Shown here piece by piece: positions 1 through 9,436 of a stretch of 64,000 bases of DNA. Source of the DNA: a bacterium (GTDB lineage: Bacteria; Patescibacteriota; Patescibacteriia; JAACEG01; JAGUWE01); assembly GCA_043798995.1 (NCBI GenBank), contig JAZDOD010000009.1, positions 14,015-78,014 of the forward strand. The letters are read 5' to 3'. Below the pieces are notes generated by a model. That model saw nothing but the letters and a program-made list of their open reading frames with translations. It had not been told where the DNA came from and ran no database searches. Made by a program: the position numbers and the translations under genes. How positions within the stretch are numbered: the stretch's first letter is position 1; every line of letters starts with the position of its first letter.

Positions 1-840
1 AATAATTTGCTGCGATTAAATTTATCAGTTAATTTGCCAACAGAATGAAAAGCAATTAAAGAAATAAATAAAGAAATGGTTTGGATAAAACCAATTGTTT
101 GATATTGTGGAATAATAATAAAAATAAAGAGAGGCCACATAATAATATTGATAAAGTCTTGAAAATTAAAAAAGCCATTAGCGATTAAATCAGGATAAAC
201 CCCTTTAATTTTTACTAAACTAAAATTGATTTTTCTAATTTTTGATGCCTCGGGAGTGGAGAGAAGCAGGGCAATAGCCGGAATTATTATTAAAATTGCT
301 AATAAAAAAGCCCAATTGAAGCCATACTTAGTAATAATGATTCCTCCCAAGAGCGGTCCGGCTGCTGAAAAAACAGCAGAATAGCTATTAATTCGCCCGA
401 TAATTTTCCCGCGGGTTTCATTCGGAGCAATTTTTGAAAAATGTACGTGGTAAGGCAGATATAAAAAAGCCCAGATTGCGCCATAGAAGATAACGCTTCC
501 CCAAAAACCAACGGAAAAGTAATCTATTTTTTGCAAAAAGAAAAAATAGATTACTTGAAAAACAAAGGCAATGGCGATAATTTTTTTAGCGCCAAAGGAA
601 CTGGAAAGATGGGCAGCCAGAGGCAAAAATAACAAACGCCCCAACTGGCTGAGGGCAAAAAATAATAAAATTAAACTAAGAGGAAATCCTTTTTTAAATA
701 AGTAAAGGGGTATAAAAATCTGGACAAAAGAAAGAGCAAAATTATAAAGAGCAACGCTAAAATAAAAAATTTTCAGTTCTTCTTTGGGAGTAAAAAATTT
801 TAACGAATTTGAAAGCGAAAAAAGACCTAAACTTTTCATG
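1..840 (-). CDS. MFS-type transporter, 3'-partial (runs off window start)
   Basis: I hand-translated the minus strand from the ATG at 838-840: MKSLGLFSLSNSLKFF...GRLLFLPLAAHLSSSFGAKK. This has the MFS motif-A pattern and multiple TM helices, and the frame stays open to position 1. It is missing from the ORF track because it is truncated by the window edge. Confidence 0.55.
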
Positions 841-1014
841 TTTCTAATTATTAGTTTTTAAAAATTGATTTTTAATTTTTTTAATTCTTTATCGTTCATA
901 TGATAAACTATATCACAAATTCTATTAAAATTCAGTTGTTGTGGAAAAGTAATTTGCTGTTTTGAGGGGGGGGTGGTAGAATAGGAGTAGGTGCTATAAA
1001 TTGTTTAGAAATTT

Positions 1015-1425
1015 ATGAAAAAAATACTTTGGACAATTATTATATTAACGGAAGCTATTTATTTTATTCTTTATATTCCACTTTCTTTAGATACAAATAT
1101 GTGGCTACCCGAAGAAAGATATAATACTATTTTTAGTCTTTTCATACTACTTCCGTTATTAAATTTTTTACCTTTTGGAATTTTATTGATCATAGCTAAA
1201 AAATTTTTAAAAGAAAGTTCTTCGAGAAAATATCATCAGCGAAAGATGGGTATAATTGGTGCAGGAATCACCGGGTTTATTATAAATCTATTTATAAATA
1301 TCAGTGTTGCTAATAGTAATTCTTCAACAGCAGCCATAGCCTTATTTCTTCTTCCGTTTTATACACTTGCAATAATGCCGATTGGATATTTTATCGGAAG
1401 CACTATTGCTAAAAATAGAAAGTAA
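1015..1425 (+). CDS. small polytopic membrane protein, hypothetical
   Basis: 136-aa ORF that is highly hydrophobic with several predicted TM segments. I recognise no family. Confidence 0.4.
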   Translation: MKKILWTIIILTEAIYFILYIPLSLDTNMWLPEERYNTIFSLFILLPLLNFLPFGILLIIAKKFLKESSSRKYHQRKMGIIGAGITGFIINLFINISVANSNSSTAAIALFLLPFYTLAIMPIGYFIGSTIAKNRK

Positions 1426-1524
1426 TGATTAAAAGATTTTAAACAGGCCTTATATTATTTTCAACCCTACCAAACTTAGGCTCTGGTGGGTTTTTGATTT
1501 ATATCACGATTTATACAGTTCACC

Positions 1525-1600
1525 ATTATCCTGAGTGATAGCGAAGAATCTCTTTTGAGGATTTTAATTATAGATTCTTTACTGCGTTCAGAATGACGAA
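1525..1600. repeat. degenerate sibling copy of the palindromic element found in-frame at 1797-1904
   Basis: Shares the motifs gagtgatagcgaag, ctttact and aatgacga with the 1797-1904 element. Lies just downstream of the ligase-like gene stop at 1623. Confidence 0.35.
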
Positions 1601-1622
1601 AAAACAAAGATTAAATTAATTC

Positions 1623-3122
1623 TTATTCTTCAGCATTCTTTAATACCAACGCCAAAATCAACCAAAAAAGAAGCACCCCAAAATGGTTACTCCAAAGCCA
1701 GTGGTCAAAGAACATCATTGCCAGAAAAGCGATTAAAATGGATAGATATGGTAAGGTTGAAAAATTTAGTCCCAGGTTGTAAGGCGTACGCCCTTTGTCA
1801 TTGCGAGGAGTGATAGCGACGAAGCAATGTCGTAGAAATTGGCTTAATGAGCGGGATTGCCACGCCCCACCCTTTACTCGGAAAGGGCGGGGCTCGCAAT
1901 GACGATTCTGGTCTGTCAAAATAAAGAATATAGAATAAAGAATTAAGAATAAAAAGATAATCAGGCCCACAATGCCCAATTCCGACCAAATAAGTAAATA
2001 AACATTATGCACCGGCTGGTAAAATCTGGCCGGAAAATTTTTATTAACTTCTTGATAAACCGCCAAAGTGTAATTGCTCATACCAACGCCGGCCCAGAAG
2101 TGTTTTTCTCTTAAATTTTGGGATTGTTTTTGATAAGTGGCTCTTTCCGCCAATGATTGCTGTTCTAATTTTTGCTTGCCCTGAAAGCGGCTTAAAAACG
2201 GCTCTTGGTAAATCGAAAACAAGCTGGCAAAAATCAGTGCGCTTATAAGAGCTAATTTTAAAAGACAAAACAGATTGGTTTTGTCTTTTTGTTTTAGAAA
2301 GTAAAGTAAAAACAAAAAACCGGTCAAAGCCAATCCTAACCAGCCGTTTCTTGAAAAAGAAAAAATCAATCCGATGAGAATAATGACATAGAAAATTAAA
2401 CCAATCAAAATTCGCCCGCCAATTTTTTTAAAAATTTTTTCTTGGTTATCTTCGAAAATTTTTTCTAACTTTTTATAAAGGGAAAGATAATAGCCGATTG
2501 CCAAGACCGCAGCTGCCATTAAAAAACCGCCCAAGATATTGGGATGCGGCAGTCCGCCATAAGCGCGCAGCCACCTTCTTTCATCGGTTTGAACCACCGA
2601 GGTGCCGGCTTGGCTCATATCATGATAACCTAAGCCCAGCCATTTAAATGAAAAAGTTTGCTGGGTGATAAATTGCCAAGAAGCCAAAAGAGCTTGGATC
2701 ACGCCGCCTAAAATAAAACTTAGCGCCAAATAATTAAAATTAAGATTAAGATTTAAAACCAGCCAAAACAAAGCTATGGCCTCAGCAATTTTGACCGTCC
2801 AATAAAGCGCCAATAATTTATCAGCTGCCCAAAAAGAAGACGAAGCAGTCCAGAGAATAAAAAGAACACTCAAAAGAAAAAGTGGCAATCTTTTTTTATT
2901 TAACTTTCCTTTGGGCAGTTGGCGATTTAAAAAAGCTAAAACAAGCCAAAGAATAAAAATTAAAACTAAAAGCAAATCAACCGCGTATAAATTAATTTTA
3001 CCGTATTCCCAAACTTGGTTATTCAGTTTCGGTTCGCGCAAAATCAAAGTTGTCTGCCAGGGCAGAAGAAAAACAAAAAGATAAAAAAGATACTCAATTA
3101 ATTTTTCAAGGTTTTTTTTCAT
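1623..3122 (-). CDS. O-antigen ligase/polymerase-like (Wzy_C family) polytopic membrane protein, carrying an in-frame repeat insertion
   Basis: 499 aa with >10 TM helices and an SRNGWLGLAL motif typical of the Wzy_C/O-antigen ligase domain. A hydrophilic segment (QNRHCEPRPFRVKGGAWQSRSLSQFLRHCFVAITPRNDKGRTPY) is out of character and is encoded by the palindromic element at 1797-1904. Confidence 0.6.
   Translation of the reverse strand: MKKNLEKLIEYLFYLFVFLLPWQTTLILREPKLNNQVWEYGKINLYAVDLLLVLIFILWLVLAFLNRQLPKGKLNKKRLPLFLLSVLFILWTASSSFWAADKLLALYWTVKIAEAIALFWLVLNLNLNFNYLALSFILGGVIQALLASWQFITQQTFSFKWLGLGYHDMSQAGTSVVQTDERRWLRAYGGLPHPNILGGFLMAAAVLAIGYYLSLYKKLEKIFEDNQEKIFKKIGGRILIGLIFYVIILIGLIFSFSRNGWLGLALTGFLFLLYFLKQKDKTNLFCLLKLALISALIFASLFSIYQEPFLSRFQGKQKLEQQSLAERATYQKQSQNLREKHFWAGVGMSNYTLAVYQEVNKNFPARFYQPVHNVYLLIWSELGIVGLIIFLFLILYSIFFILTDQNRHCEPRPFRVKGGAWQSRSLSQFLRHCFVAITPRNDKGRTPYNLGLNFSTLPYLSILIAFLAMMFFDHWLWSNHFGVLLFWLILALVLKNAEE
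1797..1904. repeat. small palindromic (MITE/RPE-like) element inserted in-frame in a coding sequence
   Basis: Terminal inverted repeats of 11 bp, gtcattgcgag (1797-1807) and ctcgcaatgac (1893-1903). Internal near-palindrome ccccaccctttactcggaaagggcgggg. Local GC is far above the genome background. The host gene reading frame is maintained through it. Confidence 0.5.
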
Positions 3123-3137
3123 AAATTAATTAAAGTT

Positions 3138-3272
3138 GCTCGGAAAGTAGTTTTTAGAAGACGTTCGCTCGCCCGGCGTGCTCGCTCACTCAGGTCCTCG
3201 GCTCGCTCTTCCGCCTTTGGCGGAAACCATGCCCGCTCGCCTGTGGATGCTTCTAAAAATTACTTTCCTCGC
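3138..3272. mobile_element. MITE-like element with ~23-bp terminal inverted repeats
   Basis: Left end gctcggaaagtagtttttagaag (3138-3160) versus right end cttctaaaaattactttcctcgc (3250-3272) gives 20/23 as inverted repeats. The core is GC-rich with repeated gctcgc motifs. It is intergenic between two minus-strand genes. Confidence 0.45.
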
Positions 3273-3282
3273 TTTTTAATTG

Positions 3283-4227
3283 TTATTCAAATAAAGCCAC
3301 TTTTTTCAAAAAAAGTTCTTTATATTCCAGGCGGCGGTCGCGAGGATGGAATTTTAAAATTTGATCATTAACTATAACCCGGCCGTTAAGGTTGGCAATA
3401 TTTTTAAGATAGGCGGGGAGTATTTTCATTTCAAAAAATTTAGCCAAAGTTTCTAAAAAATCAAAAATACCCCAGTTGAGAAAATTTAAAAAATTAAATT
3501 GCGCGCTTTTTATTTTTCTTTTTAAGTTTGGCAAAGGTGTCGATAAGTTGGGCAGTTTACTTTTTGACCACCGGCTGGCTTGGGAAAATTTTTGATATAT
3601 TTCAACTCGGGCATAAAGAGGATAGATTTGATTTAGCCAAAACTGAAAATGAATATCATCGGGGTAAGCAATTTTTTCTAAATTCAAAACCTCCTCGCTG
3701 ATAAAAAAACTTAGACAAATCTTATTTTTGGTATTATTGGGTTTGGGCCTTAAATTTAGAAATTTAATAACAGCTACGCTCAAGAGTCTGGTCAGCCAGA
3801 GACGATTTTTTTTACCAATTATAAAAAAATCAATGTCCGAATTGTCGCGACTATTGGCAAAAGCCAAAGAATTGCAAATCGCTATCATTTCAACGAAAGG
3901 AACAAATTTAAAAATTTTAGCTATTTTTAAGGCGCGGCGGTATTTTTTTTCGGCTGAGCCATAGCGCCAAAATCGCGTTTCAATGATTTTTTTCCGGCCG
4001 GAAAAAAAATAAAAGCCGTTTTTTCCATCAATCAGCTTTTTTAGCTTCTTATTATTTTCTAATTCAGCTAATACTTCGGAGGCCAAGAATTTTTTTTCCG
4101 GCGGAGTTTCAAAATAAAGATTCTGCCAGATTTCTTCAAGTGTCAAGGGATAATCAAAAATATCAAAATAAGCCACGGCAGAATAAATGGCTTTGGCAAG
4201 TTCGTTATTTTTTTGCTTTTCGTTCAT
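3283..4227 (-). CDS. hypothetical protein (weak nucleotidyltransferase-like NSDIDFFII motif)
   Basis: 314-aa ORF. NSRDNSDIDFFII resembles the hG[GS]...D.D motif of pol-beta-type nucleotidyltransferases only loosely. The stop of the rmuC-like gene overlaps its start by 4 bp. Confidence 0.45.
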   Translation of the reverse strand: MNEKQKNNELAKAIYSAVAYFDIFDYPLTLEEIWQNLYFETPPEKKFLASEVLAELENNKKLKKLIDGKNGFYFFSGRKKIIETRFWRYGSAEKKYRRALKIAKIFKFVPFVEMIAICNSLAFANSRDNSDIDFFIIGKKNRLWLTRLLSVAVIKFLNLRPKPNNTKNKICLSFFISEEVLNLEKIAYPDDIHFQFWLNQIYPLYARVEIYQKFSQASRWSKSKLPNLSTPLPNLKRKIKSAQFNFLNFLNWGIFDFLETLAKFFEMKILPAYLKNIANLNGRVIVNDQILKFHPRDRRLEYKELFLKKVALFE

Positions 4228-5279
4228 TCGCTTTTTGGTTTTTCTAATGATAGTGGTTCAATTTGTTTTTCACCGCCGGCGATTTTGACAACGTCCTTGT
4301 CAATTTTGGCAAATTCTTTATAAGCAGTATTATAAGAATTAACGGTGGTAGACAAATTATTACCTAATTTTTTCAGGTATTCATCGTAGTTAAGCAAGTG
4401 TTTGCCCAAAATTTCAATCCGTTTTCTAATTTCCTTGGCCGATTCTTCAATTTGCAGCGCTCGCAGCCCCTGGAGCACGGTCTGCAGATAGGCAAAGAAA
4501 GAAGTTGGTGAAACAATGATGACACGTTTTTCCTGAAAAGCATATTCAAGCAAATCCCGGGTTGAAACTTTAACTGCCCCAACCTGGTTGACTAGCAAAT
4601 CATAATAAATTGCTTCAGCCGGAATAAACATAAAAGCAAAATCCATCGTGTCTTTTTCCGGCCGGATGTATTTGGCAGTTTCATCAATGCGAGCTTTTAA
4701 ATCCTGTTTGAAAAGTTTTTCTAATTTTTCTCTTTCTGATTCATTCTTTTCCGCCACAATTTTGTTGTAGTTGTCCAAAGAAAATTTGGCATCAATGGGA
4801 ATAATTTTCTTTTGGATAAAAATGGCAGCGTCAACAATTAAATCCGCGCCATTTTCGTCTTTGCCCAAATTATATTGAAGTTTGTAAGTATTGGGCGGCA
4901 GAACATTTTTCAACAGTGTCTCAAGATAAAACTCGCCCAAGATGCCGCGCTGCTTCGGATTTTTTAAAATATCCTGCAAGCTCTGCAGTTGTTCGGTAAA
5001 ACTCATCACCTGCTTGTTGGTTTCTTCAAGTTTGGCCAGTTTTTCACTTAGTTCGCGGTAAATCTGATGGGTGATATTAGATTGAGCGTGAATTACTTGA
5101 TGAGATTCGCTTAACTTGCCGTCAACCGCTTTGGTTAATTCATTAAGCTGATTTTGGAGCATTAAAATGCCTTGGTCGCCTTTTTCCCGCTCTAAAATGC
5201 TTTTAAATTTTTGGTTTACGATATATAAAAAAAGGCCAAAACAGGCAAGAAAAATAATGATAATAAAAAATATTTCCAT
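4224..5279 (-). CDS. rmuC: DNA recombination protein RmuC-like
   Basis: N-terminal TM segment, then a long coiled coil, then a conserved C-terminal core (IPIDAKFSLDNY...DFAFMFIPAEAIYYDLL) typical of RmuC/DUF195. The start is set at the internal Met (MEIFFIII). The 22 codons upstream in the track ORF are the translated palindromic repeat R1. Confidence 0.65.
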   Translation of the reverse strand: MEIFFIIIIFLACFGLFLYIVNQKFKSILEREKGDQGILMLQNQLNELTKAVDGKLSESHQVIHAQSNITHQIYRELSEKLAKLEETNKQVMSFTEQLQSLQDILKNPKQRGILGEFYLETLLKNVLPPNTYKLQYNLGKDENGADLIVDAAIFIQKKIIPIDAKFSLDNYNKIVAEKNESEREKLEKLFKQDLKARIDETAKYIRPEKDTMDFAFMFIPAEAIYYDLLVNQVGAVKVSTRDLLEYAFQEKRVIIVSPTSFFAYLQTVLQGLRALQIEESAKEIRKRIEILGKHLLNYDEYLKKLGNNLSTTVNSYNTAYKEFAKIDKDVVKIAGGEKQIEPLSLEKPKSE

Positions 5280-5294
5280 AAAGTTAAAGATTAA

Positions 5295-5398
5295 CCCCTC
5301 CTTTTTAAAAGGAGGGTTAGGGAGGATTTTAAAAATCTCCCTCAATCCCTCTTTTACAAAGAGGGAGGAGAAAATTCTCCTTTAACAAAGGGGATTTT
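5295..5398. repeat. cluster of tandem hairpins, copy R1 of the CCCTCCTTTTAAAAGGAGGG-TTAGGGNGGATTTT family
   Basis: Contains cccctcctttttaaaaggaggg, ttagggaggattttaaaaatctccc and tccctcttttacaaagaggga. Related copies occur at 11019, 11843, 45804 and 49278. Confidence 0.5.
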
Positions 5399-5433
5399 CA
5401 GAGAGTATTTTTAGTATAGCAAATGAGTTGCTC

Positions 5434-5462
5434 TTGACAAGTTATCTTTGGCGAGTTAAACT
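5434..5462 (+). promoter_or_regulatory. sigma70-like promoter (TTGACA-17-TAAACT) upstream of the LysM/M23 gene
   Basis: Read directly from the sequence. -35 TTGACA at 5434-5439, 17-nt spacer, -10 TAAACT at 5457-5462. Confidence 0.35.
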
Positions 5463-5586
5463 TTTTATTGGTTGCTCTACTTGAGAAAAGAATAGGCGTT
5501 TAGTTGGCTTGTTGCTTTGAATAATAATTAACTCAAAATATATTAGTAGATCAATCAAAAAAATAGCGTTAAAAATTCTAATTTGG

Positions 5587-6909
5587 TTGGCAAAAGGGTT
5601 AATCTTGCTTAAAAAGTTGTTAACCCTCTTTTTTATTTGTTTGATTAAGATTTTAGCGGCTTTAGGCAAGTTTTTTTACTCTTTTGGCGGCCGTTATTTT
5701 CTTCTTCGCCTTTATCGGATTTATTCATATTTAAAACAGGAATTTAAAAAAGGCCTTGCGCCCCTTCGGAATAAATTATATTATTATTTAGGCAATCGCC
5801 ACTTAATTCATTTTATAATTATTACTCTGGCGGTTTTTGTTGTTACTTCAAACATCAAAGCCCATGAAAACAGGAACGCCGATGTACAGGCGATTGAAAA
5901 GGAAAGTTTGATTCCCGAATTAATTCCCAAGAGTCCGGAAGAAGGGGGGGGATATGACGTAAGCGAGGAAGAAATAGTGATTGAAAATATCAGCCAGAGA
6001 AATGTTTGTCATTACTTAGATTACGAGGATGTAGCTAAGGCCACGCCACAATTAAATGATACCAGTCAGCCGGTCGAAGATTGGACGCAAGTTTCTCTTA
6101 AAGAAGATACGTTGCTTAAGCCCAATATTGTGACCACGGCGCCGGAAGATTATTATCCTTATACCCGAACTTCAATTGAGTCTTACGTTATCAAAAGCGG
6201 CGACACTGTTAGTTCAATTGCTAAAAAATTTGGCGTTTCAGCAGAAACTATTCTTTGGGAAAATAATTTATCGCTTAACAGCACGCTTAAAATCGGCCAA
6301 AAATTAACTATTTTGCCAACAAGCGGCCTTACTTATAAAGTTAAAAAAGGCGATACGGTTGATAAAATCGCCCGTAATTTTAAAGTTGATGCCGATAGAA
6401 TTTTGGCTTATAACAATATTTCAGCTGCCAGCAGCTTGCAGGTAGGCGAGACAATTGTTGTTCCGGATGCCAAGAAGGTTTTTATTCAAACAAAATCACC
6501 CTCGCCCTTAAATGTTCTTAAAGAATATTATGAAGCGCCGGCGGCGCGAACTGCCTTAGGTTTTGTCTGGCCAACTGCCTGCCGGCGCATTACCCAGTAT
6601 TATTCTTGGCGTCATCACGCTATTGATATTGCCTGCGGCCTTAATGTGCCGATTTATGCCGTTGAAGACGGTGTAGTTGAATCAGCTTGCTGGGCAACTG
6701 GCTATGGCAAAAGAATTATTATTCGTCACACCAATGGCATGCGGACGCTTTATGGCCACTTTAACCAATTAAATGTCAGCACCGGGCAGACAGTCAAGAA
6801 GGGCCAGGTTATTGGCCTTATGGGTTCTACCGGCCGTTCCACCGGCCCCCATGTTCATTTTGAAGTTATGGCCGGCGCGGCTAAGCAAAATCCGCTTAGG
6901 TATTATTAA
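5587..6909 (+). CDS. LysM-domain M23-family metallopeptidase (cell-wall endopeptidase)
   Basis: Two LysM repeats (YVIKSGDTVSSIAKKFGV..., YKVKKGDTVDKIARNFKV...). C-terminal M23 core (HHAIDIA...GYGKRIIIRHTNGMRTLYGHF...GSTGRSTGPHVHFEV). N-terminal TM anchor. The track ORF starts at a TTG codon and the true start is uncertain. A G8 tract lies in the coding sequence at 5944-5951. Confidence 0.8.
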   Translation: MAKGLILLKKLLTLFFICLIKILAALGKFFYSFGGRYFLLRLYRIYSYLKQEFKKGLAPLRNKLYYYLGNRHLIHFIIITLAVFVVTSNIKAHENRNADVQAIEKESLIPELIPKSPEEGGGYDVSEEEIVIENISQRNVCHYLDYEDVAKATPQLNDTSQPVEDWTQVSLKEDTLLKPNIVTTAPEDYYPYTRTSIESYVIKSGDTVSSIAKKFGVSAETILWENNLSLNSTLKIGQKLTILPTSGLTYKVKKGDTVDKIARNFKVDADRILAYNNISAASSLQVGETIVVPDAKKVFIQTKSPSPLNVLKEYYEAPAARTALGFVWPTACRRITQYYSWRHHAIDIACGLNVPIYAVEDGVVESACWATGYGKRIIIRHTNGMRTLYGHFNQLNVSTGQTVKKGQVIGLMGSTGRSTGPHVHFEVMAGAAKQNPLRYY

Positions 6910-6999
6910 TAAAAATTTTTTATTGTTTGAATTTTATGATAAAATATGAATAATTAGCTAAAAGATAAATTCTCGTTCTTTTAAAAAGGAGGGGTAACG

Positions 7000-7158
7000 A
7001 TGTTTATGGGATTTTTTTTCTTCTTTTTAGGTATTTTTTCCTTTTCCCAGGATCCTAATTTGCATTTTTATACCATTTTCTTCTTCCTTTTGGCAATTAT
7101 GTTTTTCCTAAACAGAGAAGATCACCACAGCGCTTCCGCCGCCGATGACGAATTTTAG
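7000..7158 (+). CDS. small hydrophobic peptide (52 aa) with an acidic C-tail, hypothetical
   Basis: Strong SD aaaaaggagggg 6 nt upstream of the ATG. Sequence MFMGFFFFFLGIFSFSQDPNLHFYTIFFFLLAIMFFLNREDHHSASAADDEF. Followed by a terminator hairpin. Below the 60-aa cutoff of the ORF track. Confidence 0.3.
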   Translation: MFMGFFFFFLGIFSFSQDPNLHFYTIFFFLLAIMFFLNREDHHSASAADDEF

Positions 7159-7217
7159 ATGATATTGATGAAGCTACGCGTAAAGTCAACGATTCTTAAT
7201 CTTTCAACCTAAGCTCC

Positions 7218-7250
7218 AAGATAACCTCAAGGAGCTTTTTTAATAGTTTT
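7218..7250 (+). terminator. rho-independent terminator (AAGCTCC...GGAGCTT followed by TTTT)
   Basis: Stem agctcc/ggagct followed by a T-run, seen in the sequence. Confidence 0.4.
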
Positions 7251-7263
7251 TTACTTTTAAATT

Positions 7264-8787
7264 TTACTCCACTTTCGGGCGGTATTGCAAGGCCTCGGCC
7301 AGGTGAGGAAGCTCAATGGTTTCTGATTCGGCTAAATCGGCAATGGTGCGGGAAAGTTTGAGGAGGCGGAAATAAGAGCGGGCCGAAAGATGAAGCTGGC
7401 TGACCGCGTTTCTTAAAAGTTCGCGGGCCGGCATGCCGATTTGGCAGAATTCTTTGACCAGCTGCGAAGACATTTCCGCATTGGTCAGAATTTTTAATTT
7501 TTTAAATCTTTTGGCCTGAAGCCGTCGGGCGTGTTCAATTCTTTTTCTGACAGCGGTTGATTTTTCGGCTTGGGAGTCATCATCTAATTTTTCAAATTTA
7601 ATTTTCGGCACCTCAATATGAAGATCAATGCGATCTAAAAGCGGGCCCGAAACTCTTTTTTGATATTTGATAATCTGTGAAGCCGAGCAGATACACTGAC
7701 GGTCCGGATCAGAGTAATAACCGCAGGGGCAGGGGTTTTGCGCCGCCACTAAGATAAATTTGGCCGGAAATTGCAAAGTGCCGGCGGCGCGGGAAACCGT
7801 AATAATGCCATCTTCCAAGGGTTGGCGCAGATTTTCCAAAACTGAATGAGGAAATTCCGCAAATTCATCCAGAAATAAAACTCCGCGGTGAGCCAAACTG
7901 ATTTCTCCGGGCTTGGGCCAGGTGCCGCCGCCGACCAAAGACACGCCCGAAGCGGTGTGATGCGGCGAACGAAAAGGCCGCATTGTAATGAGCGGTTGAT
8001 TTTCCGGCAAAAGCCCGCTGACGCTATAGATTTTTGTCACTTCCAAAGCTTCTTCCAATGTCAGTTGCGGCAGAATTGAAGGCAGAGCTTTGGCCAAAAG
8101 AGTTTTACCGGTGCCGGGCGGTCCGCTCATTAGAATATTATGCGCTCCGGCCGCGGCGATTTCCAAAGCTCGTTTGGCATGCTCCTGGCCCTTGATATGA
8201 GCTAAATCAATTTCAAAATTTAATCCCGGTTCATTAGATAGCAGTGTTTTTTCCCTGGCTTCAATTAATTCTTTAGTATTTAAATGGTTAATTAGCTGAT
8301 TTAAATTTTCTACCGGATAAACATTTAAACCTTCAATCAGGGTTGCTTCGTTGGCATTATCGCGGGGCAAAAAAAGATTTTTAATTTTTTTCTCTTGGCA
8401 AAGCAAAGCCGCTAATAAAACGCCATTGACCGGCCGCAATGTGCCGTCAAGCGAAAGCTCGCCAATAAAAACAGAATCATGAATTAGTTCCGATTCATTG
8501 TTTATTTGGCCTGAAGCCAGAAGAAGCGAAACTGCCAAAGGCAAGTCATAAGCCGGCCCTTCTTTTTTTAAATCAGCCGGCGCTAAATTAACCGTGATGC
8601 GCGTTCGCGGAAAAGCTAAGTCGCTATTTTTGATGGCCGAACGGACGCGTTCGCGCGATTCCTGAACCGAAGTGTCGGGCAGGCCCACCACCACAAAACT
8701 GCCGAGCCCGGCCGAAATATCGGCCTCAACCTCAACTAAAGCGCACTCAAGTCCGACCGGAGCAGCCGAAAATATTTTTGAGGACAT
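7264..8787 (-). CDS. comM: YifB/ComM family Mg-chelatase-like AAA+ ATPase
   Basis: 507 aa. N-terminal Lon-like domain (MSSKIFSAAPVGLECALVEVEADIS). Walker A GPPGTGKT, Walker B, and a C-terminal ChlI-like region. Full-length match to the family pattern. Confidence 0.85.
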   Translation of the reverse strand: MSSKIFSAAPVGLECALVEVEADISAGLGSFVVVGLPDTSVQESRERVRSAIKNSDLAFPRTRITVNLAPADLKKEGPAYDLPLAVSLLLASGQINNESELIHDSVFIGELSLDGTLRPVNGVLLAALLCQEKKIKNLFLPRDNANEATLIEGLNVYPVENLNQLINHLNTKELIEAREKTLLSNEPGLNFEIDLAHIKGQEHAKRALEIAAAGAHNILMSGPPGTGKTLLAKALPSILPQLTLEEALEVTKIYSVSGLLPENQPLITMRPFRSPHHTASGVSLVGGGTWPKPGEISLAHRGVLFLDEFAEFPHSVLENLRQPLEDGIITVSRAAGTLQFPAKFILVAAQNPCPCGYYSDPDRQCICSASQIIKYQKRVSGPLLDRIDLHIEVPKIKFEKLDDDSQAEKSTAVRKRIEHARRLQAKRFKKLKILTNAEMSSQLVKEFCQIGMPARELLRNAVSQLHLSARSYFRLLKLSRTIADLAESETIELPHLAEALQYRPKVE

Positions 8788-8814
8788 AATCTTTAAATTT
8801 CTAATTTCTAATTC

Positions 8815-9228
8815 CTAATTTCTAAAAAGTAGATATTGAATAGTGATAAGTCCCAAGCTTAAATAATTAACCAAACCGATGGAACCATAAGGGGCTTGGA
8901 TTTTAAGGTTAGCCAAAAATTCACGAATAAAAGAATGGTCAAAATTTTTTTTGTCACCAAAAGGATAACCGCGTAGCTTCTGCATCAAAGTTGTCAGTGG
9001 ACAGACGATGCGGTATTTTTTCATATAAGGCATCATCGCCGCGCCCCAGCCCATCTGGATGAGCATAAAGATAAAGATAAACCAGAAATGGAAAGTCACG
9101 CGGCCAGGCCAGAGAAATTTTGGCACAAAAAAAAGCCCGAACCAGATAATAACTATGGCGAGGTGAATAAGGTAAAGAAAATTAATAGTGACTTTTTTCC
9201 AAGTCGGCATATTATAGGATTTTATCAC
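8815..9228 (-). CDS. hypothetical membrane protein
   Basis: 137 aa with three or four TM helices. I cannot assign a family. Confidence 0.45.
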   Translation of the reverse strand: MIKSYNMPTWKKVTINFLYLIHLAIVIIWFGLFFVPKFLWPGRVTFHFWFIFIFMLIQMGWGAAMMPYMKKYRIVCPLTTLMQKLRGYPFGDKKNFDHSFIREFLANLKIQAPYGSIGLVNYLSLGLITIQYLLFRN

Positions 9229-9436
9229 GAAGAAACACCTTTAACAAATTTAAAATTTAAAGCACAAAGCGTAAAACTATATCTCTAAACTAAAAACTAC
9301 CCTTAAATTTTTTTTATTAAATTATTACGAGTTAATGAGTTTAGCGGGTTAAATTAAAATTAACTCGCCCAACCCGCCAACCCGCTAAATAAATTAATAG
9401 ATTAATAAAGTAGTTTTTACTTTTTAGTTTTAAGCT

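Noticed and set aside
5299-5345. N-terminal 22 codons of the track ORF 4224..5345 and the 75 N-terminal codons of 45228..46016
   Set aside because: These extensions translate the palindromic hairpin repeats (PPFKKEG / NPPNPPFSKEGK). The conserved rmuC-like and EF-P sequences begin at internal Met codons, so the starts were trimmed.
9300-9436. Nested inverted repeats downstream of lspA (GAGTTAAT/ATTAACTC; TTTAGCGGGTT/AACCCGCTAAA)
   Set aside because: Most simply explained as the lspA terminator plus the promoter region of the next gene. Not distinctive enough for a separate call.
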